From NCBI GenBank assembly GCA_031385045.1, contig JANNBC010000060.1:28502-92501 (forward strand): DNA of 64,000 bases, in the 5' to 3' direction. The DNA is from a bacterium. Lineage in GTDB: Bacteria; Bdellovibrionota_C; UBA2361; CALJRW01. A model generated the notes under the pieces. That model made no database searches. It was not told where the DNA came from and saw only the letters and a list, made by a program, of their open reading frames with translations. Below, one piece after another: positions 48,426 to 58,808 of the stretch (position 1 is the first letter of the stretch; each line of letters opens with the position of its first letter). The position numbers and the translations under genes are program-made.

Positions 48426-50651
48426 CTATCTTCCCAGAATCCTTTTCCAAAGTGGTTTAGCCTTTAAGATTATTTCTTGATTCACTGGGCAGCCAGTAAG
48501 CTCAATCAGTTCTAATTCATCGAACATCTTTTTAGCTTTCATCTGACAGGTTGAGTTGGTTTCTAGAAATGGAAAGTATCTAAATTTAATTATAGCTTCA
48601 GGGTTATCTAACATAAATTTTAGATTGTGATTATTTTGCTCTAGAATTACCCCATTACCATTTAAAAAATAGGAAGGTTTATTTTTACTGTGATAATCAA
48701 ATAAATAGAAATGACCTACCTTGGTTTTGAGTGAGAACAGGTCGGAGTGTTCTTGAAAAAATTTGATCCAAAATGGTTCATGGGCAAAAACGGCTACCAC
48801 GTTATTTAGATCTAAATATTCTGGTATTAGCCTAGCGTGATCCTGTAAGATTTCCACAGGGAATACTTGCTGGTAATTCCAAGTATCATGAGTGAAAGAT
48901 TTAGCAATGATTGGGGTTTGGGTGTATTCTGAGATGGGAGCTAAGTGCCCACCATTGATTTCATGTAAAATCATTCCTGAGAAGAGGACTCTTCCACGAT
49001 TTTTATATTGAGATATTTCATTAATGAGACCTGCAGTAGTTTCCCCTTGAAAACTGTGTTTCACAAGGGTTTGATTATTAATAATTACATTTGCCTGAAT
49101 GCAAGTGGCTATTAAGAATCCGAGAGTAATCGCTTGAATAAGATTGAGGATTAAACTGCGGTATGAAAGTTGGTTAACCTTGTACCTAGCCAAGATCTGA
49201 TCGATTGCTAGTGCAGCTGGAAGGCAACTGATCAGTGTATATAAAATAAAAACTCGGTCCAGTTCTAGTTGTGGTTTTAATTGGTAGCAGGTCAAGCATA
49301 ATGCCATCCAACTAAAGGTGAATAATAATAGCTTTCGTGAATGCTTAGTAAATAGAAAGACTCCAGGGATCGCCAAAAAGAGCAACAGCGGATTTAGCTT
49401 GGAGGACATATCCCTAATTAGTTGCATAACATTTTTAATCTCAATGCCAGAACTTTTATGCTTAAACTTTTGAGTGCTTACTAATTGGTGATCTGCTGGA
49501 ATTAAATTAACTTGATTATTTGCTGTCGTTAATTTAGGAAGTTCTACGGTTTTTTCAGATTGAATGAAGTTCCCGACCTTAGAAACAGAGCAGAGGGCGA
49601 TAATCCAGGGAACATTAATTAATAACAATGCCAGCAAAATTAGTCTGACATAATTTTTAAAGAATAACTTCTGGCGGATGATTTTATAGATACCAACTAT
49701 GATTAGTGGTATGAACATTAGGCCTGAGGCGCTCCAAAATAACATTAAGGTAAACGTTATGATCAGCAGTAGGGCATAATAAAAAGGAAACTTTTCTTCT
49801 GTATTTAAGAGCTTAATTACTAGGGCTATGTTTAGCGGCATCAGTCCTGCTGAGATTACAAATCCCATTGTTCCACTGTTGTAAATCCATTGGTACCATT
49901 CAGCTGATGGAGCTAAGATTAGAATGCAAGCAATCCAGGTTGCTCTGCGAGGAAAATTTAGAACGCGACAGGCAAGGTAAGTGGAGGCAAAGGGTAGCAG
50001 GATCGCTGCAATAATAAAGCAAAAGTTATAGACAGTTTGCGGTTCAAAAAAATAAGTTAGGGGGAGTGTTAGGAAAAAATAGTTAAATGATCCTGTGGCA
50101 AAAAAAGCTCTTTGATCGTAGCCCGAATTCCACAGTGCGTCATATACTGGAACATTGGGAAAGTTTTGTTTCAGGAGAATAAGGCGATGTAAAAAAGTGG
50201 CGTGGTCATCTGTCGTAATTAAGTTGCCGGCGCTTTCACCTAGAAAATTAATTAGCACAATCGATAATAGTCCCAGAGCCAATAATCGATAATTCCAAGT
50301 TTTATTGCAGAAGGTTAGGATTGCTGAGATTAGAATAAATAGAATCAATCCACCGCGCGAGCTAGGTGCTGGTGTAAGACCATAGGGGTTAAATAGCCAG
50401 TCTGTAGAAAAAATCCAAAGGAGTCCTAGGATAAATACTTCTGGGATGATTTTGATTCCAGTAAATTTAAACTTATTTAAAGCTAAGCCAGAAAACAATA
50501 AGATGAATCCAGGAATAGCTAACTGCTTTGCACCACCAATTAATACGAAGCCACTGGGATCCCATAAATGATAGGTGGAAGCTGTGACGGCAACTACTCC
50601 CATTAAAATTACTAGTGAAATTAGAATTGATGACAGTAAGTTGCGATTCAT
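48426..50651 (-). CDS. Large polytopic membrane protein, possible GT-C/YfhO-like glycan transferase
   Basis: More than 10 hydrophobic segments, DDH..YDALWNSGY loop and soluble C-terminal domain; family inferred. Confidence 0.55.
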   Translation of the reverse strand: MNRNLLSSILISLVILMGVVAVTASTYHLWDPSGFVLIGGAKQLAIPGFILLFSGLALNKFKFTGIKIIPEVFILGLLWIFSTDWLFNPYGLTPAPSSRGGLILFILISAILTFCNKTWNYRLLALGLLSIVLINFLGESAGNLITTDDHATFLHRLILLKQNFPNVPVYDALWNSGYDQRAFFATGSFNYFFLTLPLTYFFEPQTVYNFCFIIAAILLPFASTYLACRVLNFPRRATWIACILILAPSAEWYQWIYNSGTMGFVISAGLMPLNIALVIKLLNTEEKFPFYYALLLIITFTLMLFWSASGLMFIPLIIVGIYKIIRQKLFFKNYVRLILLALLLINVPWIIALCSVSKVGNFIQSEKTVELPKLTTANNQVNLIPADHQLVSTQKFKHKSSGIEIKNVMQLIRDMSSKLNPLLLFLAIPGVFLFTKHSRKLLLFTFSWMALCLTCYQLKPQLELDRVFILYTLISCLPAALAIDQILARYKVNQLSYRSLILNLIQAITLGFLIATCIQANVIINNQTLVKHSFQGETTAGLINEISQYKNRGRVLFSGMILHEINGGHLAPISEYTQTPIIAKSFTHDTWNYQQVFPVEILQDHARLIPEYLDLNNVVAVFAHEPFWIKFFQEHSDLFSLKTKVGHFYLFDYHSKNKPSYFLNGNGVILEQNNHNLKFMLDNPEAIIKFRYFPFLETNSTCQMKAKKMFDELELIELTGCPVNQEIILKAKPLWKRILGR

Positions 50652-50657
50652 ACAGAG

Positions 50658-52157
50658 TTACTTTCTGCCAAATAAATTTCTTTTTAACCAGTATGTTTTA
50701 TCTCGAATCCAATTACGCAAAGATCTTCTTTGGGAGTTAATCCATAATAAGTAGTATCCAAAGTCTGAGAGAATAAATCTTAAGACCTTAGCTCGATGTT
50801 TAGGTAGAAAACAGAAAATATGCGAAAGCATATGGATTTCATTTTTAATTGCTTGCTTTAAGCGTTGTTTAGGAATTTCAAAGCCATACTCGGGAATTGG
50901 TTTGCCTTGTCGACGCAAAGTCTCAATAATTCTAAAGGCGCGAAATCGTTTCTCTGTGGCCATCATAATGTTACTGGCCAAGGCTTCTTTACGGGTAGTT
51001 TTGACGACAGTAATGAGATTTCTTTCAATCAGACTCTGGCATATTTTATTGGCATATTCATTACGAACTAAGGCAAAGCTCCAGCCTTGATAATAATCAA
51101 CATGTTTCTCCGGAGGTGTCAGCCAAGGATCTCCAACAGAAATATCCGCAAATTCACTTAAGGCATCAAAACAACTTAAGCATCTTGCTGGTGTATATAG
51201 CCGATATAAAATATTAATCATTTCAATCGAACTTGGTCGGTAACCAGTTTTTTTTCTGCCAAAGTAAACGGGATAGAGTGAGCCATCTTTTAATTCGATA
51301 TGTGGAGTCCCTGGGTGTTTACCGACTCTAGATATATATTTGACTGCTTCATTTCCTTTCTCTCCTAAGGTATCCCAAAGTACTTTATATCCTTCGTGTT
51401 CCACTGCGGCATGACAAAATAATCCAATTGTTAGAACAACTCTTTCTTTGATCCGTTTATCTAGCTGAGCAGCTTTACGAAAGCCGTGAATCTGGCAGGG
51501 AAGACCAACCAAGGCATATTTTCCTGGTAGATTTTGAATTTCAGCAAAAACACTATTAGTTGGGCTAATAGCATATTTAGATTTCATTGATTTAATTAGT
51601 TCTTCTTTAGTGCGAGCGATAATTGGTTTGCCTTTCCAAAGTTGATCATCATCAGAAACAATGACAATTGCTCCATCAATCTCCGAGCGCTCCAACATAT
51701 CTAATAAGATTGCTGTAACCAAACCTCCTGAGGTGGAGTGTTCGCGAATAAAAGGATCGTTAGCATGTGCTACGAAACTATCAGTGAAATTCCCGTGAGT
51801 ATCAAGAGTCGAGCCAGAGTTCCCAAAAACTTCTTGATGCATCGCCTTGAAGTCAAATTCATCACCCGGACAGACTTTCACGCAAAGTTCACAGTCCGTA
51901 CAAGCTGAAAGATTATTAACAATTGGGTAGTCATTGGCATCACGACCGAGAACATTAGTTGGGCAAATTCCCACGCAGGAGCCACAGCGGTGACAAAGGT
52001 CACCATCGACAATCTTAGCTAAACTACGTAATGCTCTTGGCGTCTCTTGGGTCTCATTGGGAGGCCAGTTAAAGTTGTTTAGTAAATCACCACTACCACG
52101 AAGTGGTTGTCTTTGATCTAAGATTCGTAGTGAAGATTTTGTATTTGGTTGAGACAA
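50658..52157 (-). CDS. Coenzyme F420 hydrogenase/dehydrogenase beta-subunit (FrhB) family Fe-S flavoprotein
   Basis: CHRCGSCVGICP and CTDCELCVKVCP, STSGGLVT, SKY, VGLPCQI, IGLFC and CLSCFD..ADISVGDPW. Confidence 0.9.
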   Translation of the reverse strand: MSQPNTKSSLRILDQRQPLRGSGDLLNNFNWPPNETQETPRALRSLAKIVDGDLCHRCGSCVGICPTNVLGRDANDYPIVNNLSACTDCELCVKVCPGDEFDFKAMHQEVFGNSGSTLDTHGNFTDSFVAHANDPFIREHSTSGGLVTAILLDMLERSEIDGAIVIVSDDDQLWKGKPIIARTKEELIKSMKSKYAISPTNSVFAEIQNLPGKYALVGLPCQIHGFRKAAQLDKRIKERVVLTIGLFCHAAVEHEGYKVLWDTLGEKGNEAVKYISRVGKHPGTPHIELKDGSLYPVYFGRKKTGYRPSSIEMINILYRLYTPARCLSCFDALSEFADISVGDPWLTPPEKHVDYYQGWSFALVRNEYANKICQSLIERNLITVVKTTRKEALASNIMMATEKRFRAFRIIETLRRQGKPIPEYGFEIPKQRLKQAIKNEIHMLSHIFCFLPKHRAKVLRFILSDFGYYLLWINSQRRSLRNWIRDKTYWLKRNLFGRK

Positions 52158-52299
52158 ACTTTTGACCTATATGATAGTAATAAAAACTTCCTTTGAGCTT
52201 GTGATGGTAAGGCTCAGATACGATACTAAATAATATTCAGATAGTAAATTTAGTTAATGATTAATTAAGACGATAGTTGTTGGATGATTGCGAAGAGGA

Positions 52300-53028
52300 T
52301 TAGTTGGATTTACGAGAAAAGCCAGCAACAATCGGGGATCCAAAAAGGTTTCTTAGTCCTAAAAGGGAACATGTCTTTTCAATTAAACCAGATATTTTTG
52401 GATTTTTCATGGCACGATGTAGTCCCATCGGCATCACAAATTGGGCTTCTCGATAAATTCTTTGAAACCCATGCTTCCTAAATTCTTGTTTAATCTCAGA
52501 GTCCCAGAAAGAAATAAATTCTCTAGTATTCCCTTCAATTCTTCTTTTTAGAAAAAAAGAAATAAAATATAAAATATTACTACTTCGTAATGTTGGATAG
52601 TCAATCAGCACCAAATCGGAAGACGCCTGACACAGTTCCGAGATTAGCTTTTTCCAATCGTCGCAATGCGAAATAATTCGGAAGCAAGAGACTAAGTCAT
52701 AATTATTATACTCACTTGAAAAATCTAAAAGATTAGAAGTCGCAACTTTAATCTTACTCTCTTGAATTAATTGTTCTGCTGCTCCGCAGGCTTCTCGGGA
52801 GCTTGCCAGGAGTGTGATCTGAGAGGAGTATTTTAGCAGGACAGGAATTACTTGAGCATGTCCACCTCCAACATCGATTCCATTTTGAAAAGAATGTTTG
52901 CTAAGAAATTGATCAATTAATTGATTTTGTATCTTTAGTAACCAAGTTCCCGCAACACCACTAAATCTTTTAGCATACTCCGGGGACGAGGAATGCAGAT
53001 CGCAATCTAGAAAATTATTTGCTGGCAT
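52300..53028 (-). CDS. Class I SAM-dependent methyltransferase
   Basis: IDVGGGHAQ motif I and YDLVSCFRIISH. Confidence 0.82.
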   Translation of the reverse strand: MPANNFLDCDLHSSSPEYAKRFSGVAGTWLLKIQNQLIDQFLSKHSFQNGIDVGGGHAQVIPVLLKYSSQITLLASSREACGAAEQLIQESKIKVATSNLLDFSSEYNNYDLVSCFRIISHCDDWKKLISELCQASSDLVLIDYPTLRSSNILYFISFFLKRRIEGNTREFISFWDSEIKQEFRKHGFQRIYREAQFVMPMGLHRAMKNPKISGLIEKTCSLLGLRNLFGSPIVAGFSRKSN

Positions 53029-54016
53029 TTGTGGATAACCAATTATTATTTATATACCATTTAGCTACTAGTTTAACTTCTTCTTCGACACTGTGAGAAG
53101 GAGTATAATCTAAGTCCTTAGCTGCCTTTTGACAGTTAAATGCTCGGTTCTTAATAAAGAAGTCAGCTCTTCGGCGATGAAGAGGGGGTTCTATGCCAAA
53201 TGGTTTGCAAATCATTTCGCAGATTGCTCCAAAAAATTGGAACGGCCAAACAGGAAGCTTAAATGGCCAAAGTTTTGTTTTGTAAGTATCAGCAATTATT
53301 TGCATTGTATATTCTAAGCTAACCGGATGATCTCCTCCTACAATGTATAGCTCACCATTTGTTTGGTCTCTTTCCGCCGCAAATCTAAAGGCTCGAACTA
53401 AATCAGTAACTAATACCCAATGACAAAGTGTTTTACCTGTTCCAATTATTGGTAAGCGACGATTGAATATCCCTTTAAAAAGTTTGAAGAGGCGAGTATC
53501 TTCTGGCCCCCAAACCATTGTAGGGCGAATTACGCAGGCATTAATTTTTCCACTTCTGGCCCATTCTAATACTAATTTTTCAGCTTCTGTTTTACTCTCT
53601 TGGTAAACATCTAATGGGGAATATGGCTGGCTCTCATCTGCTGGAGGATTAGCAATATGTCCAGTTACACCTGTAGTACTACAATGGATTACTTTTTTGA
53701 CTTGATTCGCTTGTCCAGCAAGGAGGACGTTTCTAGTGCCTTCTAAATTAACTTCCCAATACATCTTATCTGGAAATTTTGCTTCGCGATATAAAGCGGC
53801 ACAGTGAAAGATAACATCAACATTTTGGCTAGCAGTTAGTAGTGATTGATAATCGGTGACATCACCCTCAAAGTATTCAATCGGGAGATTTTCTAACTTA
53901 TCTTTTTTGCTAGTTTTACGAACTAAAACTCTAACCTTCCAGTCGTTGCTAATCAGTTCTCGACAAAGCCAAGAGCCAATAAAGCCTGTTCCTCCAGTAA
54001 TTAAAGCTAGTTTCAT
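53015..54016 (-). CDS. NAD-dependent epimerase/dehydratase (extended SDR)
   Basis: ITGGTGFIGS, HCAA, YQESK and RPTMVWGP. Confidence 0.92.
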   Translation of the reverse strand: MKLALITGGTGFIGSWLCRELISNDWKVRVLVRKTSKKDKLENLPIEYFEGDVTDYQSLLTASQNVDVIFHCAALYREAKFPDKMYWEVNLEGTRNVLLAGQANQVKKVIHCSTTGVTGHIANPPADESQPYSPLDVYQESKTEAEKLVLEWARSGKINACVIRPTMVWGPEDTRLFKLFKGIFNRRLPIIGTGKTLCHWVLVTDLVRAFRFAAERDQTNGELYIVGGDHPVSLEYTMQIIADTYKTKLWPFKLPVWPFQFFGAICEMICKPFGIEPPLHRRRADFFIKNRAFNCQKAAKDLDYTPSHSVEEEVKLVAKWYINNNWLSTNASK

Positions 54017-54175
54017 AAGATCTGAGTTAGTTGATTTAAGTGCTGATTTATACTGAGAATGGGCTAGTTTGTAAATCTTGTTATTATCATCATTTATGTT
54101 AAGTTTAGTGATATAAAATTAATTTCTTACTAATTTTTCTTTATTTAACGTTTAGTTATCAAGTATAGACTCAGA

Positions 54176-55360
54176 GTGAAGGTATTATTTATTTCGCCTC
54201 AGCCATTCTTTCAAGAAAGAGGGACTCCAATCGCAACTCTGTCTGTTCTTAAAGTATTAACAAAAAGAACCAATCCTACAATCTCAATTGACTTAGCCTG
54301 TTATCATGAGGGAAGTAGTCCTGAGTTACCAAATCTAAAAATCCACCGTATTCCCAATATTAGTTATCTAAATAATGTACTTCCCGGTCCATCACTGAAG
54401 AAGCTTTTATGCGATATTTTTTTATTTCTAATTGTAATTAAACTAGTTTGGACTCACGGTAGAAAACATTATCAATTAATTCACGCGGTGGAGGAGGCTG
54501 GTTTTATGGCCTATTTGATCAAGCTCTTTACGGGTATTCCCTACATTTATGATATGGATTCCTGCATGAGCGAACAGGTTGTAGAAAAGTGGGTTATCGC
54601 TAAACATCTTAAAGGTCTTTTTCAGTTCTTTGAAAAAAGGTTATTTCGAAATTCACAGCAAATCTTAGCCGTTTGTCCTCAACTTGTTACATATGCTGAA
54701 AGCTTAGGCGCTAGAAATGTCTCACTTTTGTCTGATTATTCCATGTTAGATGAAGCTCAAACTCCAGCAATAAAAAGCTTACGTGAAGAATGTGGAATTA
54801 GTAGTGCTGAAAAAATTATTTTATATGTGGGTAATTTAGAGTTTTACCAAGGTATCGACCTGTTACTGGAAAGCTTTCATCTGGTAGCCAGTGAGATTCC
54901 CGATGCTCGACTAGTGATTGTTGGTGGAGCGCCAGAACATGTGGAAGCTTATCAAAGAAAAATACAGGAATGGGATAGTCGCCCGCAGGTTTTTTTACTT
55001 GGTCAACGTCCGCTAAATTATTTAGCAAGTTACCTAAGTGAAGCAACTATTCTTGTTTCTCCACGACTTAAGGGGAACAACACCCCAATGAAAATTTATA
55101 GTTATTTACAATCACGTAGACCTTTATTGGCAACTGCAATTGGCAGTCATACTCAGGTTCTTGATCAAGAGATAAGTGAGCTAGCGAACGCTAGTCCAGA
55201 ATCATTTAGCTTGGCTATCAAAAAACTGACTCAAGATTCGGAAAGAAGAGGAAAGATTGCCGAAGCAGCCTTTCAACATTCTAAAGAACGCTACACCTTT
55301 GAAGCATTTGCGAGAAACCTTAATTTTTGTTACGATTTTTTACAGCAAAAAAACACTTGA
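54176..55360 (+). CDS. Glycosyltransferase family 4 (GT-B)
   Basis: PQPFFQERGTP, YVGNLEFYQGIDLL and NTPMKIYSYL. Confidence 0.9.
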   Translation: MKVLFISPQPFFQERGTPIATLSVLKVLTKRTNPTISIDLACYHEGSSPELPNLKIHRIPNISYLNNVLPGPSLKKLLCDIFLFLIVIKLVWTHGRKHYQLIHAVEEAGFMAYLIKLFTGIPYIYDMDSCMSEQVVEKWVIAKHLKGLFQFFEKRLFRNSQQILAVCPQLVTYAESLGARNVSLLSDYSMLDEAQTPAIKSLREECGISSAEKIILYVGNLEFYQGIDLLLESFHLVASEIPDARLVIVGGAPEHVEAYQRKIQEWDSRPQVFLLGQRPLNYLASYLSEATILVSPRLKGNNTPMKIYSYLQSRRPLLATAIGSHTQVLDQEISELANASPESFSLAIKKLTQDSERRGKIAEAAFQHSKERYTFEAFARNLNFCYDFLQQKNT

Positions 55361-55377
55361 AATTCCTAAATCGTTTG

Positions 55378-56406
55378 ATGAACTTTTCAAAAATATTTCT
55401 AAATCTTCTCTTATCATTATTTGGTTTGTTTGTTGCCTTAGTTTTTCTAGAGATTGCAATTCGCATGCTGAATTTAGATCGTGCGAGCCTACCAACTTGG
55501 GAAGACCGTCCAAGTAAGTATTATCATCATGAGCAAGCTCCAGATCTAAGAGACTGGACTCATTTGGAGCAAAAACCTGATGGCGTGTTTAGGATTGCTG
55601 TCGTGGGCGATTCATTTTCATTTGCACCTTATATGCAAGCCAATGATACTTTTGCTAAGAAGCTAGAGTATCTTCTTAATTTAAACGATCAGACACAGAA
55701 AGTAGAGGTGATTAATTATGGTGTCCCTCGTTTTTCTACCTCTCATGAGATTCTCTCAGTTAAGCAAGCTATTACCGCAGGTGCTGATTTAATTTTATTA
55801 CAAATAACCCTAAACGATCCTGAAATTAAACCATATACTCCTAATGCCTTGATTGCCGATGATCGTTTCGGTCAAATAGCACCAAAAGGGTGGGTCTACC
55901 AACATTGGAAAACATTGAGTTTTATTGTTAAGCGCCTTGGTAATTTGAGCTCGGCTCAAAAATATAGAGATTATTTTTTTGATCTATGGAATTCCAAGGA
56001 TACCTTTGGGCAGTTTAAGGACTCTTTGCGTTCAATCGTGCGTATTTCTAGAAAAAATAAGGTTCCAATTGTTAGTGTTGTCTTTCCACTTTTTGGATTT
56101 CCGAACGATGACTCTTATCCATTTCATCCAATTCATCAAATAATTGCTAATGAATTATCTAGCAAAAAGGTTCCAGCTTTAGATCTTTTTAGCGAGTATA
56201 AAAATATTCCTCTGGATCGCTTAGTTGTTTTGCCAGCTAGAGATCGCCATCCCAACGAGATTGCTCATCGCATTGCCGCAGAAGCAATTTATGAATGGTT
56301 AATTCAGAATAAAATGGTTCCAGCAAACTTTGAAGTAAAAAACAGTACGCCAAATAGGATCGGTATCTTTACTAAAGATAATCAAGAACCATTATCTTTG
56401 AATTAG
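55378..56406 (+). CDS. Membrane-anchored SGNH/GDSL hydrolase
   Basis: TM ending in LEIAIR, VVGDSFSF, INYGVP, LND and DRHPN; ATG 55378 preferred. Confidence 0.88.
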   Translation: MNFSKIFLNLLLSLFGLFVALVFLEIAIRMLNLDRASLPTWEDRPSKYYHHEQAPDLRDWTHLEQKPDGVFRIAVVGDSFSFAPYMQANDTFAKKLEYLLNLNDQTQKVEVINYGVPRFSTSHEILSVKQAITAGADLILLQITLNDPEIKPYTPNALIADDRFGQIAPKGWVYQHWKTLSFIVKRLGNLSSAQKYRDYFFDLWNSKDTFGQFKDSLRSIVRISRKNKVPIVSVVFPLFGFPNDDSYPFHPIHQIIANELSSKKVPALDLFSEYKNIPLDRLVVLPARDRHPNEIAHRIAAEAIYEWLIQNKMVPANFEVKNSTPNRIGIFTKDNQEPLSLN

Positions 56407-56552
56407 TTTTTAAGCTATTTCCAGCGACAATATTGCGATCTATTTTCATCTTTAGCATAATTCTGCTGAGACTTGATTATTGAGTGGCACTAAGCTAGAT
56501 TTTGCCAAGTCATTATTAAAATAAAGATCTATTATTTAGAAACAAATTTCAT

Positions 56553-58370
56553 ATGAAAATCCTAGGTATTTCAGCTTACTTTCATGATAGTGCTGCGGCT
56601 CTAATTATTGATGGTAAAATTATTGCTGCTGCTCAAGAGGAGCGATTCACTCGAAAGAAGCATGATGAAGAATTTCCTAGAAATGCTATTAAATATTGCC
56701 TTGAGGCTGCCAATATTACAATTGAAGATATCGATTATATTAGCTTCTATGATAAGCCACTATTGAAATTTGAACGTTTGCTTGAGACCTACTCTGCTTT
56801 TGCACCTCAAGGATTTGGTTCGTTTGTTAAGGCAATTCCAGTTTGGATCAAAAAGAAACTTTGGATTCATGACTTAATCCGCAAGGAGTTGGATTTTAAA
56901 AAAGAAATAATTTTTACTGAGCACCATGAGAGTCATGCTGCCAGCGCATTTTTCCCTTCGCCCTTTGAATCTGCCGCTGTGATTACGATTGATGGTGTAG
57001 GTGAGTGGACGACCACAAGTATTGGGGTTGGTCGTGGTAACGTTTTAGAATTACAAAAAGAAATTCACTTCCCACACTCCTTGGGTCTTTTGTATTCAGC
57101 ATTTACTTATTACACAGGTTTTAAAGTTAATTCTGGTGAATACAAAGTGATGGGTCTTGCTCCCTATGGTGAGCCAAAATATGCGCAGTTAATCTTAGAT
57201 AACTTAATCGATCTGAAAGAAGATGGCTCCTTTAAACTTAACATGGAGTATTTCGATTATTGTGCTGGCCTCACAATGACTAATAAAAAGTTTGATCAAC
57301 TTTTTGGTGCACCACCTAGAAAGCCAGAAGCAAAATTAGAACAAAGAGAAATGGATTTGGCAGCTTCTGTGCAATATGTTTGTGAAGAAGCGATGATTAA
57401 AATTGCTAGACATGTCCGTAAGACGACAGGCGAGAAGAATCTTTGTTTGGCAGGTGGGGTTGCCTTAAATTGTGTTGGAAATGGAAAGATTTTAGCTGAG
57501 AAAATATTTGATAATATTTGGATTCAGCCAGCCAGTGGTGACGCGGGTGGAGCATTAGGTGCGGCACTCTTTACTTGGTATCAATATCTAGAACAACCAC
57601 GACAAGGATTAGCTAGTGGGGATTATATGCAGGGATCTTTGTTGGGACCTGAATTTTCCGATGCTGAAGTTGAGCAATTCCTAACAGAGAAAAATATTCC
57701 CTTTGTTAAGTTAGCTCCGGAAGAGCTGATGGAAAGAACCGCTAAGATTTTAGATGACGAGAAAGTGATTGGTTGGTTCCAAGGACGAATGGAATTTGGT
57801 CCTCGTGCTCTGGGTGCTAGAAGTATTATTGGTGATGCTCGCTCCAGCAAGATGCAATCAATCATGAATCTAAAAATTAAGTTTCGCGAGTCCTTTCGAC
57901 CTTTTGCTCCAATTGTTCTGGATCGTTGCAAAGATCAGTTTTTTGATTTTGAGGGTGAAAGTCCGTACATGCTAATAGTTGCACCTGTAAGTCATGACGT
58001 TCGAATTAAAGAGACGGAAGAACAGAAGAGTCAGTTTGGAATTGAAAGATTAAACCATACTCGCTCTAGTATTCCGGCCGTTACCCATGTTGATTATTCT
58101 GCTCGAGTACAAACAGTTGATGCGCAAAGAAATAAGCGACTTTATGATTTGCTAGAAGCCTTTGAGAAGCGTACAGGTTCTGGAGTCTTGGTAAATACTT
58201 CATTTAACGTTCGTGGAGAGCCAATTGTCTGTACTCCAGATGATGCGCTACGTTGCTTTATGAGAACTGATATGGACTATTTAATTTTAGGAAATATCAT
58301 TGTTGATAAGACAGAACAGCAACCAATCGAAGGTGATAGCGATTGGAAGGAAGAATTTGAGTTAGATTAA
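56553..58370 (+). CDS. O-carbamoyltransferase (NodU/CmcH/SxtI family)
   Basis: HDSAAAL, EERFTRKKH, HHESHAASAF, EYKVMGLAPYG, AGGVALNC, EFGPRALG, RESFRPFAP and NTSFN. Confidence 0.96.
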   Translation: MKILGISAYFHDSAAALIIDGKIIAAAQEERFTRKKHDEEFPRNAIKYCLEAANITIEDIDYISFYDKPLLKFERLLETYSAFAPQGFGSFVKAIPVWIKKKLWIHDLIRKELDFKKEIIFTEHHESHAASAFFPSPFESAAVITIDGVGEWTTTSIGVGRGNVLELQKEIHFPHSLGLLYSAFTYYTGFKVNSGEYKVMGLAPYGEPKYAQLILDNLIDLKEDGSFKLNMEYFDYCAGLTMTNKKFDQLFGAPPRKPEAKLEQREMDLAASVQYVCEEAMIKIARHVRKTTGEKNLCLAGGVALNCVGNGKILAEKIFDNIWIQPASGDAGGALGAALFTWYQYLEQPRQGLASGDYMQGSLLGPEFSDAEVEQFLTEKNIPFVKLAPEELMERTAKILDDEKVIGWFQGRMEFGPRALGARSIIGDARSSKMQSIMNLKIKFRESFRPFAPIVLDRCKDQFFDFEGESPYMLIVAPVSHDVRIKETEEQKSQFGIERLNHTRSSIPAVTHVDYSARVQTVDAQRNKRLYDLLEAFEKRTGSGVLVNTSFNVRGEPIVCTPDDALRCFMRTDMDYLILGNIIVDKTEQQPIEGDSDWKEEFELD

Positions 58371-58373
58371 GAT

Positions 58374-58808
58374 ATGATAGAAAATTCTAAAAATAAACTT
58401 TTAGTGGAAGCTCTGCCAGCTTCTGAAAAAAATCTCCGTACCTTTGGGGTTGGGGGAGGTGTAATTCTTCTTGTTATTTGGCTAGTAGGCATTCTACTCC
58501 TGAATCGACCAGTAAGGTTTTACTTACCAGCGTTGGCAATCTTTTTTGCTGTTTCAGGACATTGGTTTCAAAGCATTATTCGTCCCATTTACCAAGTATG
58601 GATGGCGATTGCAATTCGTATCGGTCATGTTGTCACATTAACAATTTTATATATACTGTTCTACGTGGTAATAACCCCAATTGGAATGATCCGAAGAGCG
58701 CGTAACGCTGATGCTTTGGATTTAAGTTGGGATACAAAAAGCACAGATTCATATTGGAAAGATCATGATCTGGCCACTGATAAATTAAGATATACGAAGG
58801 AGTTCTAG
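58374..58808 (+). CDS. SxtJ-family membrane protein
   Basis: LRTFG, PIYQVWM..IGHV and ITPIG..SYW; follows the carbamoyltransferase. Confidence 0.85.
   Translation: MIENSKNKLLVEALPASEKNLRTFGVGGGVILLVIWLVGILLLNRPVRFYLPALAIFFAVSGHWFQSIIRPIYQVWMAIAIRIGHVVTLTILYILFYVVITPIGMIRRARNADALDLSWDTKSTDSYWKDHDLATDKLRYTKEF

Noticed and set aside
50658..52157. Real F420-reducing hydrogenase or methanogenesis gene
   Set aside because: No frhA, frhG or maturation genes; the context is glycan biosynthesis.
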